The notes beneath the pieces are model-generated. The model saw only the letters and a list, made by a program, of their open reading frames with translations, did not search any database and was not told the origin of the DNA. From an uncultured cyanobacterium (GTDB lineage Bacteria; Cyanobacteriota; Cyanobacteriia; Leptolyngbyales; Leptolyngbyaceae), in contig CAVYAN010000105.1 in the NCBI GenBank assembly GCA_963766075.1, forward strand, positions 32,001-96,000: 64,000 nt of DNA. The letters are read 5' to 3'. The position numbers and the translations under genes were made by a program. Position 1 is the stretch's first letter; every line of letters starts with the position of its first letter. Positions 1 to 11,283 of the stretch are shown piece by piece.

Positions 1-612
1 CCAGCGCAAATTAGCGCCGCTCAAATTTGCACCCCGGAGATTAGCACGGTTTAAATTAACCTGACGCAGCTCAGCATTGCTCAGATCGGCACTACTGAGA
101 TCAGCACTACTGAGATCAGCGCCATGCAGATTTGCATGCATGAGATTCGCCGCTGATAGCACCGCCCAGCGCAGATCGGCGCGGCTAAGATTAGCATGGG
201 TCAGGTCAGCATTACGTAGTTTAGCGTTCTTCAGGTCGGCACCACTGAAATTAACCCCCACTAAGGTGGCGTGGCTCAGGTCGGCGCGTTCTAGCTCGGC
301 GCGGACCAAGGAAGCGTAACTGAGATCAGCCCCTTCCAATGTGGCCAGCACCAAATTAGCCACATTGAGATTGGCTTCCCGCAAATTGGCATGGCTAAAG
401 TTGGTACCACTGAGACGGCTAACGTTGAGCTGGGCCTGTTGTAGGTTGGCGTGGCTAAAGTTACTACTGCTCAGATTAGCAACACTCAGGCTGGCCCCTG
501 TAAAGTTAGCGTGGCTCAGGTTGACGCCGGACAGGGCCGCCTCGGTGAGTTTGATTGTGGGGAAATTGCGCTGTCCCGCAGCGTACTGGTTCAGAAGATC
601 CTCGGCGTTCAT
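1..612 (-). CDS. Pentapeptide repeat protein (3' end runs off the window)
   Basis: The reverse strand from ATG at 612 reads MNAEDLLNQYAAGQRNF followed by continuous A(D/N)LxX pentapeptides. It is missing from the ORF track because it has no stop within the window. Confidence 0.9.
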   Translation of the reverse strand, partial: MNAEDLLNQYAAGQRNFPTIKLTEAALSGVNLSHANFTGASLSVANLSSSNFSHANLQQAQLNVSRLSGTNFSHANLREANLNVANLVLATLEGADLSYASLVRAELERADLSHATLVGVNFSGADLKNAKLRNADLTHANLSRADLRWAVLSAANLMHANLHGADLSSADLSSADLSNAELRQVNLNRANLRGANLSGANLRW

Positions 613-856
613 GGAGATTATCCTTGCAACTATCCCTGTGGGGGCGGCAGATGTGCTGGAGGGGACTGGATTGGCGATGCACTGTATTATCATGCCCAGA
701 TCCAGTCCTGAAGGATTGTGTGGGTCCTAGGGGCTGGGATCAATCGGGAATTTTATCTCTCGGGTCCATCCCTAGGGTCAACAGAAGGCGCAGGCACCGG
801 AGACGTAAGGTAAGAAAGACGTAAAGCGAGGGGAGACAGACATGCTGGAGCGTAGG

Positions 857-1708
857 ATGACGATTGGCATTGTGGGGTTGGGGTTGATTGGAGGATCCTT
901 GGGCTTGGATTTGCGATCGTGCGGACATCGGGTGATCGGCCTGGGTCGGCGGACGGCTACCTGCGAGAGGGCGATCGCCCTGGGCGCGGTGGATGAGGCC
1001 AGCTTAGACGGCGCAAACATGGCAGAAGCAGAAATTGTATTCCTTTGTACGCCCTTATCAGCTATGGTCACCACGGTCAAGGGGCTAACTCCCCACCTTT
1101 CCAGCCAAGCCATCCTGACAGACGTGGGATCGGTTAAGGGCTGGGTGGTTGAGGCGATCGCCCCCTTATGGCCTAATTTTGTCGGCGGTCATCCCATGGC
1201 GGGCACCGCCGAAAGTGGCATTGAGGCCGCACAGCGCCATTTATTTGTCGGGGCGGCCTATGTCCTGACGCCCACAGCCACTACTCCCCCCGCCGCTGTG
1301 CAAGCCGTGGAAGACATCGTGCGCCCGTTGCAAACGCGGATCTATCACTGCCAGCCCGCAGAGCACGACCGGGCCGTGGCCTGGATTTCCCATTTGCCCG
1401 TCATGACCAGCGCCGCTCTGATTGCCGCGTGTTTACAGGAAGCTGATCCCCAGGTGTTGACCTTGGCCCAAGCCCTAGCCAGTTCGGGATTTCGGGATAC
1501 CAGTCGGGTCGGCGGCGGCAATCCCGAACTGGGATTGATGATGGCCCAATATAATCAAGTGGCCCTGATGCAGGCCCTGGCGGGATATCGCGATCGCCTA
1601 GATACCCTCATCGCCCAAATTGCCCAAGACAATTGGGACGGGTTAACGGACATCCTAGAGCTCACCCACCAAGCCCGTCCTCAATTTGTCAAATCCCCCA
1701 ATCTGTAG
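857..1708 (+). CDS. tyrA: Prephenate/arogenate dehydrogenase
   Basis: Rossmann motif IGIVGLGLIGGSLG, plus TDVGSVK, GGHPMAG, HDRAVAWISHLP and GFRDTSRV motifs. Confidence 0.93.
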   Translation: MTIGIVGLGLIGGSLGLDLRSCGHRVIGLGRRTATCERAIALGAVDEASLDGANMAEAEIVFLCTPLSAMVTTVKGLTPHLSSQAILTDVGSVKGWVVEAIAPLWPNFVGGHPMAGTAESGIEAAQRHLFVGAAYVLTPTATTPPAAVQAVEDIVRPLQTRIYHCQPAEHDRAVAWISHLPVMTSAALIAACLQEADPQVLTLAQALASSGFRDTSRVGGGNPELGLMMAQYNQVALMQALAGYRDRLDTLIAQIAQDNWDGLTDILELTHQARPQFVKSPNL

Positions 1709-1833
1709 AATTTCTTTGTAGAATTTCAAATCTGCACCATCTAGAAAAAGACGATCCGGAAAAGGACAATCTGAGAAAAGACCGCAAACAGGACCGCAAT
1801 TACGCAAAAAAGACCGCAAGGAAGAGGGCAACG

Positions 1834-3306
1834 GTGACACATCCCCGGATTTTGATTTGGTATCGCCATGATTTGCGTCTGCATGATCACGAGCCCCTGC
1901 ATCGAGCACTACAGATCACGCCCCACGTGATGCCGCTGTACTGTTTTGATCCCCGTCAGTTTGGTCAAACCCAGTTTGGCTTTGCCAAAACCGGAGCCTT
2001 TCGGACCCAATTTTTGCTAGACAGCGTGGCAGATTTGCGCGCCTCCTGGCAGCAGCGGGGCAGCAATCTACTGGTGCGTCAAGGCCAACCAGAGGAGCTG
2101 ATTCCCGCTGTGGTCCAGCAGCTTCAAGTCACGGCGGTGTACGGCTACGGCGAGGTCACTGCCGAGGAACTGGCCGTTGAAACCCAACTGCAACTGGCGT
2201 TAAAGACGTTAGGTGTTAATCTCACGATGTTTTGGGGCCACACCCTTTACCATCGCGATGATTTGCCGTTTACTATCAGGCAACTGCCGGAAGTCTTTAC
2301 CCAATTTCGCCAGCGCATTGAAACCGCCACGGCGGTCAATTCCTGCTGGCCAACGCCCCAAACCTTGTCCGCCCTACCTGAGGACTGCGCGGCGGGATCA
2401 CTGCCCACGTTGGCAGACCTAGGGTGCAGTCCCCCACCCGCAGACGAGCGCGCGGTGCTGCCGTTCCAAGGCGGCGAGACAGCGGGGCAAGACCGTTTGC
2501 AGGCGTATTTCTGGCAGGGCGATCGCCTCCGCACCTACAAAGTCACCCGCAACGGCATGCTCGGAGCCGACTATTCCTCCAAGTTCTCTCCCTGGCTGAC
2601 CCTAGGCTGTCTATCCCCGCGCTATATCTATGAACAGGTAAGCGCCTATGAAACCACCCGAATCAAAAACGATTCCACCTACTGGTTGATTTTTGAGCTG
2701 CTGTGGCGGGACTATTTTCGATTGATTGCCGCGAAACACGGTCACAAGATTTTTCGGGCCTCGGGCCTCCAGGGGATCAGCATTCCCTGGCAGCAGGACT
2801 GGCAGCGCTTTGATTTGTGGCGACAAGGGATGACTGGATTTCCCTTAATTGACGCCAATATGCGGGAATTAGCGTCAACTGGATTCATGTCTAATCGGGG
2901 TCGACAGAACGTGGCCAGTTTTTTAACTAAGAACCTCGGCATTGATTGGCGCATGGGAGCCGAGTGGTTTGAATCGCAACTGATCGACTATGACGTTTGT
3001 AGCAATTGGGGCAACTGGAACTACAGTGCCGGCGTGGGCAACGATGCCCGTGGATTCCGATTTTTTAACATTCAGAAGCAGTCAAAGGACTATGATCCCC
3101 AGGGAGAGTATGTGAAGCATTGGTTACCGGAACTTGCTTTGGTACCAGCGGCGCACGTTCATACACCGTGGACTCTTTTACCCGTTGAGCAGAAACGATT
3201 TCGGGTGCGCTTGGGGGTGGATTATCCTCTGCCTGTGGTGGATCTCTTTAAATCGGCAGCCGTGAATAAGCAGATTTATCTGGAGGCCATGGCCAGGACA
3301 AGCTAA
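1834..3306 (+). CDS. DASH-family cryptochrome
   Basis: Motifs WYRHDLRLHD, YKVTRNGMLGADYSSKFSPWL, GFMSNRGRQNVASFL and DYDVCSNWGNW. Likely start is GTG at 1834, after the tyrA stop. Confidence 0.93.
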   Translation: MTHPRILIWYRHDLRLHDHEPLHRALQITPHVMPLYCFDPRQFGQTQFGFAKTGAFRTQFLLDSVADLRASWQQRGSNLLVRQGQPEELIPAVVQQLQVTAVYGYGEVTAEELAVETQLQLALKTLGVNLTMFWGHTLYHRDDLPFTIRQLPEVFTQFRQRIETATAVNSCWPTPQTLSALPEDCAAGSLPTLADLGCSPPPADERAVLPFQGGETAGQDRLQAYFWQGDRLRTYKVTRNGMLGADYSSKFSPWLTLGCLSPRYIYEQVSAYETTRIKNDSTYWLIFELLWRDYFRLIAAKHGHKIFRASGLQGISIPWQQDWQRFDLWRQGMTGFPLIDANMRELASTGFMSNRGRQNVASFLTKNLGIDWRMGAEWFESQLIDYDVCSNWGNWNYSAGVGNDARGFRFFNIQKQSKDYDPQGEYVKHWLPELALVPAAHVHTPWTLLPVEQKRFRVRLGVDYPLPVVDLFKSAAVNKQIYLEAMARTS

Positions 3307-3647
3307 GCACCACGCACCCGCTGCATGGGGAAACTGCTGGGGCGGGCACGGCAGGTTTTGATAATTTCCGTCAGGCGGGGCGGGGTCTGGCCGGTGGCAG
3401 AGATTTGTTGGTTGAGGATTTGAAATTCTGGATAGGTGTAGGTGGATTGAATGCCGTTGATAATGCAGCGGCAAATCGTCGAGGCTTGGCCACTGCGTCC
3501 CGCAGAGCAGTCTTTAATATACTGATCAATCACGGGTTGGGGATAAGGATTGCGGGGGTTGGCACTGCTCGCGACCTCGGGAAGGACGGCCAACAACCCC
3601 GTAGCGAAGGTCAAGGAAACTACCAAAATTAGAGAAGATAGGCGCAT
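3303..3647 (-). CDS. Small secreted hypothetical protein with Cys residues
   Basis: Hydrophobic N-terminal signal-like segment followed by a YP...YIKDC...ICRC...C pattern. Confidence 0.7.
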   Translation of the reverse strand: MRLSSLILVVSLTFATGLLAVLPEVASSANPRNPYPQPVIDQYIKDCSAGRSGQASTICRCIINGIQSTYTYPEFQILNQQISATGQTPPRLTEIIKTCRARPSSFPMQRVRGA

Positions 3648-3777
3648 AGGGGTGAAGATAGGCGATCGCCAAGGGATCTATTCAAGGCTTGACGTCTGCC
3701 GCTCTGAAAAGTTTCTGGCCCCCTCTCCGGACATTCGCCATCTTTGCCTCCTGCCAATTTACGGGTGCCTGGGGACA

Positions 3778-4614
3778 CTAGACATTCGCTTTTTCGTGCT
3801 CAACGACAAACACGTTGGAATAAAGGTTAGCGATGATTTGCTGCCCCTGTTGCGTCAAGGACAAATAGTAGAGTCCGTCCTTGATGTAGGGAAACACACC
3901 ATGCCAATAGAATTTGGGATAGTTGGCCCGCAAATCCCCTGGGTGCCGATAGCCCAGATGTTTGTTCACACCGGTTTCTTCAAATTCATAGTAGAGGGCG
4001 CTAATTTTTTTGAGATAGCGGGGATCGCTGAGTTGGCCAATCAGATCAGAGGCCCGCAGCAATCCTGGAAAATTTATCGTATCTTGGTGATCTTCTGCCG
4101 CTGGGACGGGGAAGCGGGTCAGTTCAATATTAGATTTGACCTGTTCGGCATTGATTAACTTGTGGCCGCCAAAGCGCTCGTCAATGAACAGTTTTGCGCG
4201 ATCGACGTGGTAGGGCGTCAGTCCAGCATCTGTGGCCCCACAGGGCAGTGTCACCATTTGCCCATCTCGGCCCGTGGCATATTGGCCATCTTTGTCCTGG
4301 CGACAGACGCCTTTCACATAGCCAATGTCATGGCACACCAAGGAAATAATGAAGTGCAGCCAGTCTTCACAGGAAACACCCCCTTCACGAATGTGTTTGC
4401 CCCGCAGGATTTCCTGCCCAACGAGGGTTACCAGGATGGAATGCTCGACATTGTGATAAAGCGCATCGCTATTGGCGATATTCTCCATGGCCATGCCACC
4501 AACCCAGGCAATGATGTCCTCATAGTTGGATTGATAGCCGCCGTAGGTGCGATGATAGCCCTCTTTGAGCTTCTGGACAAAATCTTCGATCAGCAGTTCG
4601 GTGGCATTAAACAT
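3778..4614 (-). CDS. HD-domain metal-dependent phosphohydrolase (Npun_R2479-like family)
   Basis: Motifs YHNVEH, CHDIGY, PYHVDR and RASDLIGQL. Confidence 0.85.
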   Translation of the reverse strand: MFNATELLIEDFVQKLKEGYHRTYGGYQSNYEDIIAWVGGMAMENIANSDALYHNVEHSILVTLVGQEILRGKHIREGGVSCEDWLHFIISLVCHDIGYVKGVCRQDKDGQYATGRDGQMVTLPCGATDAGLTPYHVDRAKLFIDERFGGHKLINAEQVKSNIELTRFPVPAAEDHQDTINFPGLLRASDLIGQLSDPRYLKKISALYYEFEETGVNKHLGYRHPGDLRANYPKFYWHGVFPYIKDGLYYLSLTQQGQQIIANLYSNVFVVEHEKANV

Positions 4615-4881
4615 AGCGATGGCATATGGGGATATTTAACAAGGGCATTCAGCAAGGGCATGAAGGGAGGGAGTGTGAGCAGGGGCAGCGATGGGGCGAA
4701 GCTATCCTCTTAATCATATCGAAGCTTAGTTTTCCCGCCGTTCTTGCCGCACCAAACATCTAAAAGTGTTCCAAAAATCAATAGCCGCATTGTCCCACAT
4801 CGCTTCAAGAATCTTGGTGGGGGGAAGCCCCCCAAGGGCAGATAATAGACTCTGTATCAGCTGCGATGGGAGGTGTCTGCC

Positions 4882-5622
4882 ATGGGTTTAAACCGTCGAG
4901 AATTGCTTTATCTGCTGGGGGGCACAACGGGGGCGATCGCCACAGGCATTTTGGCTCCGCCGCCGCTGTGGGCCGCCGAATCGGTAGAGCCCACGGTGGC
5001 ACCGTCCTTTACGGTGCCGCCACTCGCCTACGCCTACAATGCCCTAGAACCGCACATTGACGCCCGGACCATGCAGATCCACCACGATCTGCACCATGGA
5101 GCCTATGTCAAAAACTTGAATGCCACAGTAGCCAAATATCCTACGCTACAGGGCAAAAGTGCCGAAGCGTTGATTCGGGATCTCAAGATCATTCCCGAAG
5201 AGGTGCGCAATGCTATCCGCAACAACGGTGGGGGACATGTTAACCACACGCTGTTTTGGGAGATTATGGGTCCCAATGGCGGGGGCGAACCCACCGGGGC
5301 CTTGGCCGATGCCATTGTTGCCCGATTTGGTAGCTTTGCCGATTTCAAGAAACAATTCAATGAAGCGGGTATGAAACGCTTTGGCAGCGGTTGGGTATGG
5401 CTCGTGCGCACCAAGATTGGCAAATTGGACATTATCAGTACGCCCAATCAAGACAGCCCGATCATGGTGAATGATTTTCCGATCTTTGGGAATGATGTTT
5501 GGGAACACGCCTACTATCTGCTTTACCAAAACAAGCGGGCCGATTATCTGAATGCCTGGTGGAATGTGGTGAACTGGGAGGCGGTGGGTCAGCGCTATGA
5601 GATCGCCACAAAGCTGAAATAA
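4882..5622 (+). CDS. sodA: Fe/Mn superoxide dismutase, probably Mn type, with twin-arginine signal
   Basis: Motifs [20 protein letters not shown] and DVWEHAYY. N-terminus NRRELL is followed by a hydrophobic stretch, with GGAGG upstream. Confidence 0.9.
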   Translation: MGLNRRELLYLLGGTTGAIATGILAPPPLWAAESVEPTVAPSFTVPPLAYAYNALEPHIDARTMQIHHDLHHGAYVKNLNATVAKYPTLQGKSAEALIRDLKIIPEEVRNAIRNNGGGHVNHTLFWEIMGPNGGGEPTGALADAIVARFGSFADFKKQFNEAGMKRFGSGWVWLVRTKIGKLDIISTPNQDSPIMVNDFPIFGNDVWEHAYYLLYQNKRADYLNAWWNVVNWEAVGQRYEIATKLK

Positions 5623-5786
5623 ATCGGCAAGGCAGTTCCCTAACAGACCATCCATCTCTATAATGGAGAACTTGGGGATAGGGCTGTCCGACAGTTCAAA
5701 CCACCGAGGATGCGGGTATAGTTTAGTGGCAAAATGAAAGCTTCCCAAGCTTTAGTTGCGAGTTCGATTCTCGCTACCCGCTTAAG

Positions 5787-5830
5787 ACCGTAAACCCCCT
5801 GGAAGCCTTGGTTTCCAGGGGGTTTACGGT
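5787..5830. terminator. Long hairpin between convergent sod and clpC (probable bidirectional terminator)
   Basis: 19-bp inverted repeat ACCGTAAACCCCCTGGAAG / TTTCCAGGGGGTTTACGGT. Confidence 0.75.
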
Positions 5831-5889
5831 TTCAATACTCCTTAGTCAGGAGTAAACAACCAACCCCCAGCCACCCTAACGCCGGGGCA

Positions 5890-8352
<2,463 letters not shown>

Positions 8353-8837
8353 GTACAAATCTCCTTTTGCGCCATATAGCGCCAGATAGCGAGGAACAGC
8401 AAAGGAGCATTCAGCGAACTATGCCCATGACGCCGTTAAGTTTTGTTTCGGTTGAACCTACTCTATCGTCAATATCTGTTGCCCCACAGTGTGGAGAGCC
8501 GAATCTATCGAGACGGGATCGCCGATGGAGAAGCATGGTGCAGGAGACAGCGGGTAGAAGGGCAAAGAACTTTGGCAGTGTCAGAATTGGCAGGATCAGA
8601 AATTAACAGGTTCAGAAATTGCAGCGTCAAGCATAAATAGCAAAGACAGGCTCCCATATCCAACGGAAACCTGCCCAAGTTATGCCATCATCTTGTTCAA
8701 TTAGAGGCTGTGCACAGCCAGATAAGTGCTTTTCAGCATCTACCTGCTAATCCTGAGCGGCGAAAAATAGACTCTGCCATCATGCATCATCCCGTCCGCG
8801 TCATCATCCCCCATGGAGCAGCTAACCGCCCAGAGAG

Positions 8838-9542
8838 CTAGTAAGCACCATTACCATTGGGAAACAGCATCACACCGACCGTGCGAAGCACAATCCAGAG
8901 ATCAACACCAAAATTGCGAAAGTTCACGTAATACAAATCAATGAGTACCCGCTTGGGATAGGGCACGTCATTTCGGCCGGAAACTTGCCATAGCCCCGTA
9001 ATCCCAGGTCGAATACTGAGCACCCGGTCCACATGTTTGCCATACTTTTCCAGTTCCTCCACCACCACAGGACGCGGTCCAACCACGCTCATGTCTCCCC
9101 GCAGGACATTGAGGAACTGAGGAAACTCATCAAGACTCGTAATCCGGAGAAACCGGCCAATCCACGTTACCCTGGGGTCACGCTTCAGTTTAAAGGTGTT
9201 CTGAAATTCTTGGCGCAATCGCGGCGATGTTTCCATCAGTTCGGACAGAACTTCATCCGCATTTTGCACCATCGTCCGGAATTTGATGCAGCCAAACCGC
9301 TTGTAGTTCTTGCCCACCCGCTCCTGCACATAAAACACAGGGCCGGGAGAACTCAGGGTAATCAACAGAATTAGTGTTAAGTACACCGGAGAAAACAAAA
9401 TTAGGACTGCCGATGCAAAGAAAATATCGAACAGCCGCTTCGCAAGTTCACCATCCAACGTACTCACAACGGCAGGAAGAATTCCTCGCCGGATGAGTGC
9501 CCGGATCGTCTTGCCCGAAACCAGATGACTTTCGGCAGTCAT
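8838..9542 (-). CDS. Bacterial sugar transferase (priming phosphoglycosyl transferase)
   Basis: Motifs KRLFDI, KFRTM, DPRVTWIGRFLRITSLDEFPQF, GDMSVVGPRP and RPGITGLWQVSGR. Confidence 0.92.
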   Translation of the reverse strand: MTAESHLVSGKTIRALIRRGILPAVVSTLDGELAKRLFDIFFASAVLILFSPVYLTLILLITLSSPGPVFYVQERVGKNYKRFGCIKFRTMVQNADEVLSELMETSPRLRQEFQNTFKLKRDPRVTWIGRFLRITSLDEFPQFLNVLRGDMSVVGPRPVVVEELEKYGKHVDRVLSIRPGITGLWQVSGRNDVPYPKRVLIDLYYVNFRNFGVDLWIVLRTVGVMLFPNGNGAY

Positions 9543-9771
9543 TGTACTCCTTAACAAAACCACACCACACGTCCTCATCATAAAGCCACTGACCCCATCT
9601 CCGCTGAAATTAGTTCCCAATCGCCTCAAGATTTCTGGAATCTTTATGCTAAATCTGGGGAGTTGGGGAAAAAAGCAGGCAGTCTGTAACACAAATTACA
9701 AAAATTGACAAACTCCAGCCCTTCGATCTGGCCTTAGACCAGCCCGAGTCCTTTACCGGCGTCAGCAACAG

Positions 9772-10929
9772 TCAATCGGAGAGATCCATCTGATCTTGAA
9801 AGTCCTGATACTTTTGTTCCAGAAAAGCCAGGTATTTTTGCTGAAATACTTCTGGGCGAAAGGAGAGGGCATGCGATCGCACCGCTTCGGGATCAATTTG
9901 CCCCTGATGCTGCTCGAACTGGGCGATCGCCGCTACCAAAGCCGCCTCGGTCTGGGTCGGAAACAGAATTCCTGTGCCGGTCGCCCCATGCCGACGCACA
10001 TCCCGCACCGTTTCCGCCGTACCGCCTACACCATAGGCAATCACCGGAGTGCCACAGGCTTGAGCCTCCACGGGTGCAATCCCAAAATCCTCAAAGGCCG
10101 CATAGACAAACGCCTTGGCCCGCTGCATATACTGCTGCACCACGGCATCCGGTTGCCAACCCAAAATCTGCACCGTGGGACCGGCCAGGGCTTGAAGGGC
10201 CTGTAGCTCTGGGCCACTGCCAATTACCACCAGCGATCGCCCCGCCTGGTTGAAGGCCCGCACAATCAAGCCAATCTGCTTATAGCTCACCAAGCGCGAC
10301 ACCGTAAGGTAAAAGTCGTCCTTTTGCGCCTGGAACAGAAAGCGCTCCACAGCCACAGGCGGGTAAATCACCTCTGCTGGCCGTCGATAAAACCGCCGAA
10401 TCCGGCGGGCCGTATTTTTAGAGTTGGCAATAAAGTAGTCCACCCGATTCGCCGACAGCACGTCCCACTGCCGCAGGCGATGCAGCAGATAGCGCGTTAG
10501 TATCCCCGGCACCCCCCGTCCAGCCTGACTATTGGCGAGATAATCAAAGGTCAAGTCCCAGGCGTAGCGCATGGGCGCATGACAATAGCACACATGCATT
10601 TGCTGCGGCCCCGTAATCACGCCCTTCGCAACGGCGTGGGAGGACGACAGCACCACATCATACTGCCGCACATCCAACTGCTCGATCGCCAAGGGCAATA
10701 GTGGCAAATACTTTTGCACGCCCTGCCGTGCCCCCGGAAACTGCTGCAAAAAGGTAGTTCCAATATTTCGCTTGTACAAATAACTGTCTGGATTAGTTGA
10801 CTCAAAATCAATCAACGCATACAGATCGGCGGGCACATGCTTGAGAATTTCCTGCACCACCAGTTCGGAGCCGCCGGTGGCGATCGGCGTCAGCCACTCA
10901 TGCACCAAGGCGTACTTTAAATTTTTCAT
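9772..10929 (-). CDS. Glycosyltransferase family 4 (GT-B)
   Basis: Motifs LVHEWL..GGSE, SSSHAVAK and EDFGIAPVEAQACGTPVIA. Confidence 0.92.
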   Translation of the reverse strand: MKNLKYALVHEWLTPIATGGSELVVQEILKHVPADLYALIDFESTNPDSYLYKRNIGTTFLQQFPGARQGVQKYLPLLPLAIEQLDVRQYDVVLSSSHAVAKGVITGPQQMHVCYCHAPMRYAWDLTFDYLANSQAGRGVPGILTRYLLHRLRQWDVLSANRVDYFIANSKNTARRIRRFYRRPAEVIYPPVAVERFLFQAQKDDFYLTVSRLVSYKQIGLIVRAFNQAGRSLVVIGSGPELQALQALAGPTVQILGWQPDAVVQQYMQRAKAFVYAAFEDFGIAPVEAQACGTPVIAYGVGGTAETVRDVRRHGATGTGILFPTQTEAALVAAIAQFEQHQGQIDPEAVRSHALSFRPEVFQQKYLAFLEQKYQDFQDQMDLSD

Positions 10930-11045
10930 CGAACCCCTTTCCATCGAACCCCTTTCTATCCCACCGGGCCTTGCACGCTAAAGCAAAGCATGCGCTTCCT
11001 ATAAACCTATACCCTTAGCCCTGGGCACAGGCCGCCAGCCGGGAC

Positions 11046-11161
11046 AAAAAAAAGACCAACCTTCCGGCTGGCCCCCAAAAATGTTGTTCTCTCAAATGGA
11101 GGCACCACTTGCGCGTTCCCAAACGAGCAGCTGGCTAACCAGAATATCCAGTTCCCCCGGC
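11046..11161 (-). ncRNA. Candidate sRNA or attenuated leader RNA of about 115 nt
   Basis: The minus strand has an extended -10 (TGtTACGAT) upstream and ends in GGCCAGCC-GGAA-GGTTGGTC-T8, an intrinsic terminator. Confidence 0.6.
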
Positions 11162-11169
11162 TAAACATC

Positions 11170-11183
11170 GTAACAATAAATAC
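11170..11183. promoter_or_regulatory. NtcA-type box GTA-N8-TAC overlapping the -10 of the candidate sRNA
   Basis: GTAACAATAAATAC followed by A. Confidence 0.55.
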
Positions 11184-11283
11184 AGATTCCTTGTTATGAA
11201 ACTTTACGGGTTTCAGGAATTTTTCTATCGAAATACCTTATGAGATACTTGACAATCAGCAAGATTAGCCTATGAAACCAAGC

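Noticed and set aside
77..730. Plus-strand ORFs 77-319 and 341-730
   Set aside because: They are antisense shadows of the minus-strand pentapeptide repeat gene.
11007..11168. 53-codon minus-strand ORF (MFSRGNWIFW...) over the candidate sRNA
   Set aside because: Its ATG overlaps the predicted -10, it has no RBS, and it runs through the terminator.
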